IMG/VR virus record: IMGVR_UViG_3300022879_000177
Span: 1 to 28,130 of that record
DNA: 28,130 nt
Origin: a virus
Taxonomy: Duplodnaviria; Caudoviricetes
Strand: one strand, 5' to 3'
In this document: in pieces, positions 7,935 to 17,166 of the stretch
Position numbering within the stretch: the stretch's first letter is position 1
How the letters are laid out: each line of letters begins with the position of its first letter
Program-made: the position numbers and the translations under genes
The notes under the pieces: generated by a model
Databases searched by the model: none
Seen by the model: the letters and a program-made list of their open reading frames with translations, nothing else
Told to the model about the DNA's origin: nothing

Positions 7935-8100
7935 CGTAAGAATCACAGCTCAGGCCGCGCCGTTAGCGGCCTATGCATCGCAGCTGTCTAATATGCATTG
8001 GCGAGTTTGGGCGACTTTCGCCCAGTAAAACCGAGAAACATCAGCGCGGTTTTAGACAGCCAAAGCACCCTCCTCCGGCGTTCTGCCGACCCCTCCTCTT

Positions 8101-8388
8101 TTACTTTTTGGCCGGCCGCAGTATCTCGTGCACGTAGTAGTTCGGCTCTGGCTCGATGTACTTGAACAGTCCGCACGCGTACCACTCCTCGTGCTCGGCC
8201 AAGCCGTACAGCCGCGCCGACTCGACAAACTCGAGCATCTCGCACAACTGATCAGGATCCACCTCTCGGCGCCGGTGCGCCGCCTTTGCCATCTCGCTCA
8301 GGACCGCCGCAAGGCCATCTGGGTCGGTGGCCAATTCGCACTGGTCGTTGAGCTCATCCAGCCAGGCTCTCGGCAATGTGCTCATCAT
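8101..8388 (-). CDS. hypothetical prophage protein, second gene of a LexA-box operon
   Basis: ATGA overlap with the upstream gene; [15 protein letters not shown]...[14 protein letters not shown]. Confidence 0.7.
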   Translation of the reverse strand: MMSTLPRAWLDELNDQCELATDPDGLAAVLSEMAKAAHRRREVDPDQLCEMLEFVESARLYGLAEHEEWYACGLFKYIEPEPNYYVHEILRPAKK

Positions 8389-8677
8389 TCTGCCCGGCAC
8401 CACCACGACTGCGCGTACAGCACACCGTCGATATCCTCGATGCCGTTGATGTTCATCCCGAGCTGGGCCATCCCGTTGACCTTGGCGTCGTGCAGTCGCG
8501 GGATGATGTCGCCGCTGGCGTCGGGTTGAACACCCAGGCCTGGGTGGCCACCCGGCCAAGCGGCTCACTGTGGTGGTCGCCGATGTGGATGTCGGCCCGC
8601 AGGGGCTTGATCTTCCTGAGCTGATCGTTGGGGATGGCCACGCCATTCACGCGGCGGCGCACGAGGAGGAAGTACAT
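8385..8677 (-). pseudogene. hypothetical prophage protein, frameshifted
   Basis: [12 protein letters not shown]...WVFNPTP, then continuation [18 protein letters not shown]...[10 protein letters not shown] in another frame after ~8515, ending in an ATGA overlap. Confidence 0.7.
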
Positions 8678-8689
8678 GGGGCACCAATA

Positions 8690-8705
8690 CTGTATATGGA
8701 TACAG
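8690..8705. promoter_or_regulatory. LexA (SOS) box
   Basis: CTGTATATGGATACAG within TACTGT-N8-ACAGTA, 12 bp upstream of the ATG at 8677. Confidence 0.9.
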
Positions 8706-8741
8706 TATCGTATCCACAGATCGCGCTCGACAGCAACTCGG

Positions 8742-9245
8742 TCAGCCGGGCGGCATCAGGGAGTCGCGTTCTCGCTCGCACTGCTGCCCGGCGATCCGGG
8801 CGAGGTCATAAGCTTTCGCCAGCTCTCCCGCTCTCGCATCAGCCCGTGCGAACAGGTCGGAGAGCACCATGGCGGCGCGGGTGGCTGCCTGGCCTCGGGC
8901 GACAGCGGCGGTATCCGTGCCGGGACAACTGACGGCGGCGGCGAAATTGGCGGCGTCACCGCGCACCCGCTGACCAGCAGGATCAGCGCCAGCGGCGCCA
9001 GCACCAGCAATCGTTCGTTCTTCCTGAGCATGAGCTCTCGCCTCCTCCTGCGCCGCAGCGCGTCGTTGTTCTTCCTGCCGGGCGCCGCGCTCGCCGATCA
9101 CCTCGGCCAGGCGGTCGCCGCTGTCTCGTTGTGCTGATGCGACGGCGGCCTCGGCACGCTCGACCGAGCGGCCGTGCTGGTACGTCAGCCAGTAGGTACC
9201 CAGGAGGGCAAGCAGCAGCGCGCACCTGATGACCAAGGACTTCAT
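8742..9245 (-). CDS. Rz-like i-spanin (DUF2514-type lysis protein)
   Basis: N-terminal TM, Ala/Arg/Glu coiled coil, directly downstream of and overlapping the endolysin. Confidence 0.85.
   Translation of the reverse strand: MKSLVIRCALLLALLGTYWLTYQHGRSVERAEAAVASAQRDSGDRLAEVIGERGARQEEQRRAAAQEEARAHAQEERTIAGAGAAGADPAGQRVRGDAANFAAAVSCPGTDTAAVARGQAATRAAMVLSDLFARADARAGELAKAYDLARIAGQQCERERDSLMPPG
8756..9031 (-). CDS. Rz1-like o-spanin lipoprotein embedded in Rz
   Basis: Signal peptide with lipobox LVSGC, Pro-rich mature region, fully nested in another frame. Confidence 0.75.
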   Translation of the reverse strand: MLRKNERLLVLAPLALILLVSGCAVTPPISPPPSVVPARIPPLSPEARQPPAPPWCSPTCSHGLMRERESWRKLMTSPGSPGSSASENATP

Positions 9246-9868
9246 GCCAGCACCCGCAGCGCCAGGTCATACAGCGCCTTTCGCTCTGCCGCGCCATGTG
9301 GAACCCGGCCCGGCTGGCCGGTGTTGATGACGCTGCCGATATCCTGGATGCGGCCGGCGTCGGCCATCTCGTTCAACCCGTGCTTCGCCCACCACCAGGC
9401 GGCGGACTGGGCAGCGTGCTCGGCCTGCTCGAGCAACCCAGGGTCGTCTTCCAGCGGCAGGCCAAGGCCGGCGCCAGCGGCGCGGTAGTTGGAGCGGCCG
9501 GTGACCTGCAGCAGGCCACGCCCGCGGTACTGCCAGCCATCACCGGATGACTCGGGGCCGTTGCCCATCCGGCCGCCGTAGACCTTGTTAGCGATCTTCT
9601 CAGGCTGGCGGGCGTAGCCGGGCGCGGTCTGGCTGGTGAACCTGGTGGGCCAGATCTTCACCAGCGCCTCGCCGCTGTAGTTCAGGTTCTCGACCAGGTT
9701 GCGCAGCTGGCCGGACTCGTGGCCAACCTGAGCCAAGAAAGCCGCCTGACGGACACGACTATCGATCTTCCAGCGCACCATCGCCCGGTTCAGCGCAGGC
9801 AAAAAAATGCCCGCTACTGGGCGGGCTTTGGGCAGGATCTGCAGCAACTGCTGGTCGGTAATCAGCAT
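9242..9868 (-). CDS. glycoside hydrolase family 19 endolysin
   Basis: AAFLAQVGHESG, ENLNYS and GDGWQYRGRGLLQVTGRSNY motifs; GGAGA RBS before ATG at 9868. Confidence 0.95.
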   Translation of the reverse strand: MLITDQQLLQILPKARPVAGIFLPALNRAMVRWKIDSRVRQAAFLAQVGHESGQLRNLVENLNYSGEALVKIWPTRFTSQTAPGYARQPEKIANKVYGGRMGNGPESSGDGWQYRGRGLLQVTGRSNYRAAGAGLGLPLEDDPGLLEQAEHAAQSAAWWWAKHGLNEMADAGRIQDIGSVINTGQPGRVPHGAAERKALYDLALRVLA

Positions 9869-10016
9869 AGGTGTTCTCCAGGCGAGAAAATTCGCCAAAT
9901 AGCGCTTGATGGGTTCGAAGAGATTGGTTGTGCTGGTATGCTCGACTCACTCGTTTTCGCGCTGTTTCTTCTGGGCGACTATCCAGTAAATCGAATCAAT
10001 ATTCGGCGGTCAAAAC

Positions 10017-12044
10017 ATGAGATTTGAACCAATTTGCCAGGCAAGGCAGGACGTGATTTACACCCAAACGCTGGTGCTTATTGCGGTTATAATTTCGGTT
10101 GTATCTGCTGCTTTCGCCCTACAACATCTGTTCTCCCTAATTCAAATTGGTTCACACATAGTGACTCCCACTCTTGCAGAGCCAAGGGTGGCAACCCCGT
10201 CACCTTTTGCTCCCGAACCAGTTGAGCGGGCTATCTTCGTTACTCTTGCAGCCCTGTCACCAATCTGCCTAGTAGCAGCGGCAAAACTAATGAAAGCGAG
10301 GGCCCCTACTAACTTTGCCAGATGGCCCATTTCCATTGCGCTCTGTATACTCTTGACCGCTCCTTTCGTGTCATCTGAATTCACATCAGTTCTATTCTTC
10401 CCAGTATCGTTAGCACATGAAAGCAGACCAGTAATGCTATCAGCCGCAGCGCTGCTGACGGCGATGGTACTCGCGGAGAACAAATTCAGGTCATCCCAGG
10501 CTAAGCCCGGAGGCGCAGCATTCCTAATCCTATCGTGCCTTCTTGCCTTCTTCTTGCAGATTGCACCTTATCGAGTGGCCTCGGAAAACACTGTAACAAC
10601 TGCGGCGCAATGGTCAGTCAGTTATGATGCCGCGATATTTGCGCTTACCCAAGTGATCGCTGGAAAAACCCTACTTAGCGACCTGCCATCTCAATACGGA
10701 TTATTTCCTGAATTAATCGCCCCTATCTTTAAAACCATAGGATCTAGCATTTTCACCATAAACACATTCTTCGCCACGCTTCAAATGCTAGGCCTGTATT
10801 GCATTGCAAGCATACTAAACAGATTCATCCGCAACACAGCATTGAAAACAATGACTTTCCTCTGCGTGATCATTAGCACGGGTCTATTCCTTTACCTGAA
10901 CGAGGTCAAGGAAGAATTATACATGCAATACTACCCTATTCGTTTTATTTGCCCCGCCGTAGCATTGCTTGCTTTTTCCGCATACTGCATAAACCCATCA
11001 AGAAAACTAATTGTCGCACTCGGAATCATTTCAGGAATATCCATATTCTGGAACTTCGATTCGGGCATCCCCGTCCTTATCGCAATATGTGCAACACTGT
11101 TCGTGAGGCCAGCATTCCGGGACAGCCCTAGCATTAGAGATTGGTTCCCCGCCCTATCAGTATTTGCTATAGCAGCGGTAGTATTCTTGGCCTTGATGAC
11201 TAACTTAAGGATAAAATCCGGTGCTCCTTTACAAATTGGAGAGGCAATTTCCTACCAAAAACTATTCTATGGCTCAGGCTTCATGATGCTGCCTATGCCT
11301 ACAAACTTTAATCCCTGGCAGGTTGTCATATTGGGTTTTGCCGCAGGCGGTGTAGCCTCTCTCACAGGATGGCGACGCAGAAGCAAAAATCCCGTTTACG
11401 ACTTTTTGTTCTGCGTTTCACTTATGGGCCTTGGCCTTTTCACCTATTACCAAGGCCGTTCACACATATTCTGCCTGATGATGGTTTTGTGGCCAGTTTT
11501 GATTGTGGCAGGCATCCTTACTGATTTAGTCCTTCGATCACTACAAAAGGGTCGCACCCACAGTAGCTCACTACTACTGGCATTACCGTTTATCTCCTTC
11601 GCGAGCCTCGGAGCCACAACACTCGCCTTTAGTAGCGATGAGTTGATCACCACAGGATTGACCAACCTCCAACGCATTAACCAGCCTAAAGACAAACTGG
11701 TCACAGACGAGCTAAACTTCCTACGTGCAACTGACAAAGGGCGCAACTGCCTAATCCTGTCTCAACGCCAAGCAATTTATCATGCAGAACTCAATACATC
11801 ATCTCCAGTTTCAGGCCCAGGAATGATCGAGACGTTGTTACAGAAGGACCTGGATGAGATGCAAAACAACGCAATGAAAAGCAACATAAACTGCATCTAT
11901 CTTGGCATCGGCGAATACTCGCGCACGCTAGCCAAACTTAACGACAGTAGATTAATAGCTGAATATCCCATTATCGCAAAGAACGATCTAGGCACGATTT
12001 TGTTACTGGAGCCAAAGCAAACAACTATCAATCCAGCCAAATGA
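10017..12044 (+). CDS. large polytopic membrane protein, probable GT-C-like surface-polysaccharide modification enzyme
   Basis: 675 aa with more than 10 hydrophobic segments; periplasmic-type loop GKTLLSDLPSQYG; AT-rich; antisense to the tail/lysis operon. Confidence 0.6.
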   Translation: MRFEPICQARQDVIYTQTLVLIAVIISVVSAAFALQHLFSLIQIGSHIVTPTLAEPRVATPSPFAPEPVERAIFVTLAALSPICLVAAAKLMKARAPTNFARWPISIALCILLTAPFVSSEFTSVLFFPVSLAHESRPVMLSAAALLTAMVLAENKFRSSQAKPGGAAFLILSCLLAFFLQIAPYRVASENTVTTAAQWSVSYDAAIFALTQVIAGKTLLSDLPSQYGLFPELIAPIFKTIGSSIFTINTFFATLQMLGLYCIASILNRFIRNTALKTMTFLCVIISTGLFLYLNEVKEELYMQYYPIRFICPAVALLAFSAYCINPSRKLIVALGIISGISIFWNFDSGIPVLIAICATLFVRPAFRDSPSIRDWFPALSVFAIAAVVFLALMTNLRIKSGAPLQIGEAISYQKLFYGSGFMMLPMPTNFNPWQVVILGFAAGGVASLTGWRRRSKNPVYDFLFCVSLMGLGLFTYYQGRSHIFCLMMVLWPVLIVAGILTDLVLRSLQKGRTHSSSLLLALPFISFASLGATTLAFSSDELITTGLTNLQRINQPKDKLVTDELNFLRATDKGRNCLILSQRQAIYHAELNTSSPVSGPGMIETLLQKDLDEMQNNAMKSNINCIYLGIGEYSRTLAKLNDSRLIAEYPIIAKNDLGTILLLEPKQTTINPAK

Positions 12045-12058
12045 CACGTCGATGATGA

Positions 12059-12089
12059 TTCAGCGCCACCTGATGAAGGCGGCGCTGAA
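12059..12089. terminator. hairpin between convergent genes
   Basis: TTCAGCGCC...GGCGCTGAA inverted repeat. Confidence 0.6.
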
Positions 12090-12115
12090 CATTATGACTC
12101 TAAACAATGCCCCAA

Positions 12116-12535
12116 TCATCTTGGCAAGCCAGGCCATTCAGGAAGATTTTCCGCAAGATTAACTCTATTGATCGCAACACGGTATTCCATCCATCCCTCA
12201 AGCGTTGACACCTCATCAGGAGTGGCCTTGTCGAGATAAACTGCATCCTGTAAGGGCGCCATTGCCAATGTGGCCTCGGCCAATAAGCGATCCCGGATGG
12301 CTCTATTTATGGCCAGGATTTGTTCAGGGGTGGGCGGAATGGGCTCAGGCTCGGGCGGAGCTGTGAAGTTTTCTCCATTGTAGCTCCAACCAATGCCTGC
12401 TTCATCGGAGGGAATGACGACCAGCCCCGCGCCGCAAGTCCATTCCGATTCACCGTCCCAGAGCGTCGTATTGACAACGAGGCCAGATTTTCCATCTACA
12501 ACTGCATATCGGTTTATTTCCATGAGACTCACCAC
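12116..12535 (-). CDS. tail fibre assembly protein
   Basis: AGIGWSY and PLQDAV....AT.DE...L..W..YRVAINRV...WP motifs; follows the tail fibre. Confidence 0.9.
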   Translation of the reverse strand: MVSLMEINRYAVVDGKSGLVVNTTLWDGESEWTCGAGLVVIPSDEAGIGWSYNGENFTAPPEPEPIPPTPEQILAINRAIRDRLLAEATLAMAPLQDAVYLDKATPDEVSTLEGWMEYRVAINRVNLAENLPEWPGLPR

Positions 12536-13368
12536 TCAATTATGACCAATCCAGGCATTCCGGCCCCACCGGTATAGCCCACAGAGGTGGCCAGGCCGGA
12601 ATAAGCACCACCTGCACCAGAACCCCCAGAGCCGTACCCGTAGCCAGGCCTGCCTGCAATGCCAGAGTTTGCGCCGGCGCGAGGGGCTCCGCCGCCGCCG
12701 CCGAAAGGCGAGGAAGCTCCAACACCACCAACAGATGAGTAGGTCTGAACGGCATCGCCACCATCGGAGCCCGCAGGGTAACCGGCACCTCCACTGCCTC
12801 CCCCCCACGCAGTGCTTGACGAACCCGCGCCTCCCGGCTTGCCGCCAGCACCGCCGGTCATGGTGATCAACGCGGCTATTACGGTGTTCCCGCCCGTTCC
12901 ACCCGTCCCAGCAATCCCCCCGGCTGTCCCTCCAGCGCCCACCGTCACTGGGATCACTTGGCCTGGCGTAACAGCAAACGGCTGCCGCATTACCGACTGG
13001 CCCGCGCCCCCGCCACCCGCGCACGCAGAGATATTGCCAGTGGCGCCGATGGGCAGTGTCCCACCACCTCCGCCGCCACCCGCGCATCCAGAAACCCAGA
13101 CCTGCGAAACCCCGGCGGGCACCTTGAAACTGCCGTTGGATGTGTATCTGACCAAGCCTGTTCTAGCCCTGACCGCTTGAAGCAGTTGTGTTAAATCGCC
13201 CTCATCCGGAACCAGCCCTGCGGCCTCGATGACGTTCAGCACCTCAGAAGTAATCGCGTTCCCCCAAGAGGCCGGGATCAATGATCCGGGCGTACCGTTT
13301 ACTACGTCCTCATCAACAAACTTGCCGCCAACCAGCCCTGCGTTGGGCACACTTTTTGGATAGTCCAC
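12529..13368 (-). CDS. short glycine-rich tail fibre protein
   Basis: MDYPKSVP..GLV.GKFVDED...GTPGSLIPASWGN fibre N-terminus followed by a Gly-rich domain. Confidence 0.85.
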   Translation of the reverse strand: MDYPKSVPNAGLVGGKFVDEDVVNGTPGSLIPASWGNAITSEVLNVIEAAGLVPDEGDLTQLLQAVRARTGLVRYTSNGSFKVPAGVSQVWVSGCAGGGGGGGTLPIGATGNISACAGGGGAGQSVMRQPFAVTPGQVIPVTVGAGGTAGGIAGTGGTGGNTVIAALITMTGGAGGKPGGAGSSSTAWGGGSGGAGYPAGSDGGDAVQTYSSVGGVGASSPFGGGGGAPRAGANSGIAGRPGYGYGSGGSGAGGAYSGLATSVGYTGGAGMPGLVIIEW

Positions 13369-13378
13369 GCGTTTTTCC

Positions 13379-13984
13379 TCAGTTGTAATCGATGATGGTC
13401 AGCGTGTGCGCTGGGGCTGCCCTGCGGATGACACACTCCAGGGCATCGCCTGGGTTGGTACCGAAGCGCTCCCCCCAATAGCTCACGCCGAAGCGCCGCC
13501 CAACCCGCTGACGCCCGCCGGTATGCAGGGTCCACATGAACTGAGCGTTCCAGGTGCCAAAGTGCGCGGAGCCGAAGCGGGCACGCCCCCAGCGTGGCGC
13601 CCGGTGTTCTGTCACGGTTGCGTTTGGGTATCCCTGCCCCGCAGCCAAGCTGATGAAGTAGGCAATGGTCTGGCTGCCGACGGCGACCAGGCGCTGCTGC
13701 ACGGCCAGGCGCCGGTCTTCGAATGAGGGATTCACGCCGAGGCAGGAATCGGGCAGGTTCATGACCTGCTCCCAGTCAGGTACAAGCTCGCTCACACCGG
13801 CGGCATCCATCTCGTTGAGCGCCGCTGCCGCGCGCGCCTCGACCCTGGCGAACTCCCGCGATACACCTTCCAGCACCAGCTCAACCTCGGGGACCAGCTC
13901 GGGATCCCATGCCGGCCCGTGGGGCAGCAGCGCACGTAACTGCTGTTTGTACTGTTCCGCCGTTCTCACGCCAGCCATGTGCAA
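13379..13984 (-). CDS. YmfQ/DUF2313-family baseplate protein (Mu gp48-like)
   Basis: LLPHGPAW, DWE...LPD and LECVIRRAAPAHT motifs; position after baseplate J. Confidence 0.9.
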   Translation of the reverse strand: MHMAGVRTAEQYKQQLRALLPHGPAWDPELVPEVELVLEGVSREFARVEARAAAALNEMDAAGVSELVPDWEQVMNLPDSCLGVNPSFEDRRLAVQQRLVAVGSQTIAYFISLAAGQGYPNATVTEHRAPRWGRARFGSAHFGTWNAQFMWTLHTGGRQRVGRRFGVSYWGERFGTNPGDALECVIRRAAPAHTLTIIDYN

Positions 13985-15006
13985 CCTCCAAATGTCAGCA
14001 GCTGGTTGCTGGTGGGCTCCAGATCAGCTGCGGGATAAACCAGCTGGTGGTCCCACTCGCCTTTGGCGCCGCTGATGGCCTCGCGCATGTGGCTGAGCAG
14101 CAGCGTCTCGCCGAGTCCGGCTTCGCGGTTGTGCAGGTCGGCCAGCTGCGCCTCCACTGCGGCCCGCGTCACTGACGTATCTGGGTCCAAGCGGATCTGG
14201 TAGACCACTGGAGCAATCGAGGGGGCGAGCACATACACCTCTGCCGTCACCGGTCGGCGCGCTTCGATATAGGTTTTCACCTCGGCCAGTTCACCTGCAT
14301 CAGGCACCGGGTTGGCGTCGTCGTCACGCATAATGAACACGCCAACCGTGCCAGGGCCCATGTAGTTGCGCACGCACCAGGCGCGGGTGACGCCAGCGCA
14401 TTCGAGCGCCCAGGTCTCATAGTCGTCCTTGCTACCGCCATGCGGGATCACGCGGTAAGAACGAATCACCCGCGACCGCAGCGACTCGACGCTTTCCTTA
14501 GGCGTGCCACCGGTCAAGCCGAGGCCCAGCACCGTGAAAGTGCCGCCAATCCCCTGCACCGGCTGCACCAGACTCAAGGTCAGGCCGGCATCGGCGTTGC
14601 CCAAAGTCCCCGCGTCTACCGCCTCCACGGTGGTTTGGTTGGCTCCGGCGCTGGTCGTCACCCCCAGGGTGACCTTGTACGATCGGCCGTCCTGAGCCTG
14701 CAGCACCGTGTCGACATCCAGCACTGCGCCGGCCGCTGCCTGGAAGCTCACCTCACCGTGCGCTGGCGACGCGACCTTGCGCGGCTGCTGCAGCCGCAGT
14801 GAAGCGATACGTTCAAGCGTTTCTTCGTCAGCGGTATCGGGCAGGATCTGTTCGATGATCCAGTTCAGATAGCCATACAGGCCGAACGCGGTACCCGCCT
14901 GGGCCCGCGCTAGCACCTGGGCATCGGAGTGGCGCAAGGCGTTGCTGCCCAGGTCAGCCTGGGAGCGGCTGATCAGCGTGGGCAGCGAAGGTGTTTCAAA
15001 CGGCAT
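13966..15006 (-). CDS. baseplate J / Mu gp47-family protein
   Basis: ILPDTADEE.L, GGSKDDYETWA and GPGTVGV motifs. Confidence 0.93.
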   Translation of the reverse strand: MPFETPSLPTLISRSQADLGSNALRHSDAQVLARAQAGTAFGLYGYLNWIIEQILPDTADEETLERIASLRLQQPRKVASPAHGEVSFQAAAGAVLDVDTVLQAQDGRSYKVTLGVTTSAGANQTTVEAVDAGTLGNADAGLTLSLVQPVQGIGGTFTVLGLGLTGGTPKESVESLRSRVIRSYRVIPHGGSKDDYETWALECAGVTRAWCVRNYMGPGTVGVFIMRDDDANPVPDAGELAEVKTYIEARRPVTAEVYVLAPSIAPVVYQIRLDPDTSVTRAAVEAQLADLHNREAGLGETLLLSHMREAISGAKGEWDHQLVYPAADLEPTSNQLLTFGGCTWLA

Positions 15007-15385
15007 AGGTCACCTGCCACAGTTGGTCCGAATCGATGATGAGCGCGGCGCCACTGAGCAACGTCAGTACGACCCGCAGGTTGAGGCGATCGTCCCCGGC
15101 ACGCTCGCTGGAAATGGCGATATCAAGCACCTGGCCGTCATCAACCAGCCAACCCAGGGCCTCTTCGGCATAGAACTCGGCATCACGCTGGGTGCGGTCG
15201 GTAAGCTTCACCCGGCGCAGCAGCCACAGGCGCGATCCAATGCGGTCGTCGGCCACCCGGGGGAAGCTGTCGCCCCACCAGCCGTAGCGCTCCTCGTCGT
15301 CGACGGGATCGTCCGGGCCGGCGCGGCGCCAGGTAAACAGGCTGATCACGACGGTGCGGACTAGGTTCTTATCGGTGTCGTTCAT
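14996..15385 (-). CDS. Mu gp46-family baseplate protein
   Basis: ISLFTWRRA, GWWGDSF, IGSRLWLL and YAEEALGWLVDDG; true start is the ATG at 15385. Confidence 0.92.
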   Translation of the reverse strand: MNDTDKNLVRTVVISLFTWRRAGPDDPVDDEERYGWWGDSFPRVADDRIGSRLWLLRRVKLTDRTQRDAEFYAEEALGWLVDDGQVLDIAISSERAGDDRLNLRVVLTLLSGAALIIDSDQLWQVTYAV

Positions 15386-15894
15386 GGTGCACCGCCTACC
15401 GGCTTCTGCGTTTGGCTTGGACCCGCCATGACGCCGCCATGCACGTGCTCCACTTGGCTGATGCCAGCGGCCACCTGGTCGCCTACAGATTCGATCCGGC
15501 CGGTGGTCTTGATCAGCGGCGTGTCGAACTCCACTAACGTGCCGGCCTTCACCTTCAGCGTCATGGTCTGCAGCTCGACGACACGTCCGCGCTTGAACAC
15601 GAAGGTGTCGCCTTCGTCGGTGTACAGCGCTACTTCCCCTGGCTGCAGCTCCTTGAGGCGGAAGCGACGGTCGGCCACGCAGACCACTACACCGTGCGAG
15701 CGGTCGCCGCCCAGGAACAGCGCCACACCTTCGGCGCCCGGCAGTGGATGGCTGGTGTAGCCGTAGGGCTCGAAGTGCTCCAGATCGTCCTTGACCTCGC
15801 CTGCGGTAAGGCGCATCTGCAGTGTTTGAAGCATGCTGCCCGCCGAGGCCAGGGCCACGGTGCCGCGAGCAATCATGCGCGTCAGCATGGTCAT
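15382..15894 (-). CDS. baseplate assembly protein V / Mu gp45 spike
   Basis: EHFEPYGYTSHP, GEVALYTDEG and C-terminal HVH iron-binding motif. Confidence 0.92.
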   Translation of the reverse strand: MTMLTRMIARGTVALASAGSMLQTLQMRLTAGEVKDDLEHFEPYGYTSHPLPGAEGVALFLGGDRSHGVVVCVADRRFRLKELQPGEVALYTDEGDTFVFKRGRVVELQTMTLKVKAGTLVEFDTPLIKTTGRIESVGDQVAAGISQVEHVHGGVMAGPSQTQKPVGGAP

Positions 15895-16200
15895 TTTTTC
15901 CCCCAGTCTTCCGGTAGCAGGTATTCGAAGTTGTCGCCCTTCTTGCCCTTCTTGAGCTTGCGCCGCTTGAGCGGGTCCGCCGGCTCTGGCTCATAGCCTT
16001 CGGGCGGGCCAACCACCAAGGTAGTAACCATCCCACTGTCGTTCAGGGTGTAAGTCACCTCGGCGATGACCATGTCGCGCTCGAAGCCGATCAGCGGGTC
16101 AATCACCCGCACGACGGTGTTGTGCTTCCACAGCGCGCTGTTGCTCTGTCGCCAGCCCTGCACGGTGTAGGTCGCTTGCAGGGCCTTGCCCATGCGGTTG
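15891..16200 (-). pseudogene. baseplate hub (Mu gp44/P-like), C-terminal ~100 aa only
   Basis: YTVQGWRQ..ALW..N..V.V.D motif; 5' part missing at the deletion junction. Confidence 0.8.
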
Positions 16201-16311
16201 CAGCAAATGGCCGCTGGACAGCTCCCACTTGCCGATAGCGATGGCCCACTACCAGGAATGTTGCGAGCTGGAACGTGCTGCCTGATTCAACTGGCTTGAA
16301 CTCGCGCGGTG

Positions 16312-16346
16312 ATCCCTCTGTGCATTCCCAGAGTGCACAGAGGGAT
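16312..16346. repeat. perfect 13-bp inverted repeat
   Basis: ATCCCTCTGTGCA-9 nt-TGCACAGAGGGAT. Confidence 0.7.
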
Positions 16347-16415
16347 GCGGGCGTCCGCATCACGGTTGGAAGGCAATCGTGCCAGGCCAATGATTTTATC
16401 GTCAGGAGAACACCC

Positions 16416-17090
16416 ATGACCGTAAACATCAGCAATCTAACGATCACCACCCCCGTGCCAGTATCTTCTACTAACCCCGTTGCTCTCGAGGTGAGCGGCG
16501 CTGTAGCGATCGCTGAGTTACCGAGCATCGTTAAGGTCCTGAGCGACGGATCTATCCAGTTCTCGGCGCCCACCAAAGGCGCCTCGAGTAAAAGCACCCA
16601 CCGCACGCGCTGCGAGTGGAAAGAGGCCAGCTACTGGTCTTTGGCGAGCGCTGCCGAGCACATCAACATGCAGGAGATGATGCTCACGAAGGTCAACTCC
16701 GCGCAGAAAGTGGTGATCTCGCAGTTGCATGTGAAGGACGACGACAGCCCACCAGTGAAGGTCTTCTGGAGCAAAGGGAACATCACCTTGGGGTTCCGCG
16801 AAACCTTCAACCAGGCCACCCCGGTCAACACCACCCTGCTCAAGGGTGTTCCCCTGGGTGCGAAGTTCACCGTCACCCTCCGCGTGCTCGCCTCGGGCGC
16901 TTTGACCGTGACCGCCAGTTGCAATGGCAAGGCCGGGTCGTCCGGCAGCCTCCACATGGACAGTTCCTGGCGATCATCGCTGCTGAACTTCCACGGCGGC
17001 GTTTACAACCAGGTCGATTACACCGATGCCACCCCTGCAGACGACGGCTCAATCTGCATCGTGAGCAACCTATCACTCACCCACAATTAA
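16416..17090 (+). CDS. polysaccharide lyase family 7 (alginate-lyase-like) protein
   Basis: AGGAG RBS; RTRCEWKE, VVISQLH and FHGGVYNQ correspond to the PL7 RxELR, QIH and YFKAGxYxQ regions. Confidence 0.8.
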   Translation: MTVNISNLTITTPVPVSSTNPVALEVSGAVAIAELPSIVKVLSDGSIQFSAPTKGASSKSTHRTRCEWKEASYWSLASAAEHINMQEMMLTKVNSAQKVVISQLHVKDDDSPPVKVFWSKGNITLGFRETFNQATPVNTTLLKGVPLGAKFTVTLRVLASGALTVTASCNGKAGSSGSLHMDSSWRSSLLNFHGGVYNQVDYTDATPADDGSICIVSNLSLTHN

Positions 17091-17166
17091 TCTTCCCCCA
17101 CCCCGCTCAACCAGCGACAAGTCAGCCTGACGTTAACTGCCCGATCTACCTGGTTCCCCATCACCA

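Noticed and set aside
7614-7946. 110-aa minus-strand ORF
   Set aside because: It is antisense to the more convincing plus-strand pseudogene 7515-7934.
8101-8646. 181-aa ORF as listed
   Set aside because: The N-terminal half is an off-frame reading of the frameshifted upstream gene; the real start is at 8388 or 8385.
14996-16036. 346-aa ORF as listed in the track
   Set aside because: Only 14996-15385 is gp46-like; the upstream part is an off-frame reading of the gp45 and hub genes.
8742-16200. Tailocin (R-type pyocin)
   Set aside because: Sheath, tube, tape measure and holin are absent and the hub gene is truncated; the context is a deleted prophage.
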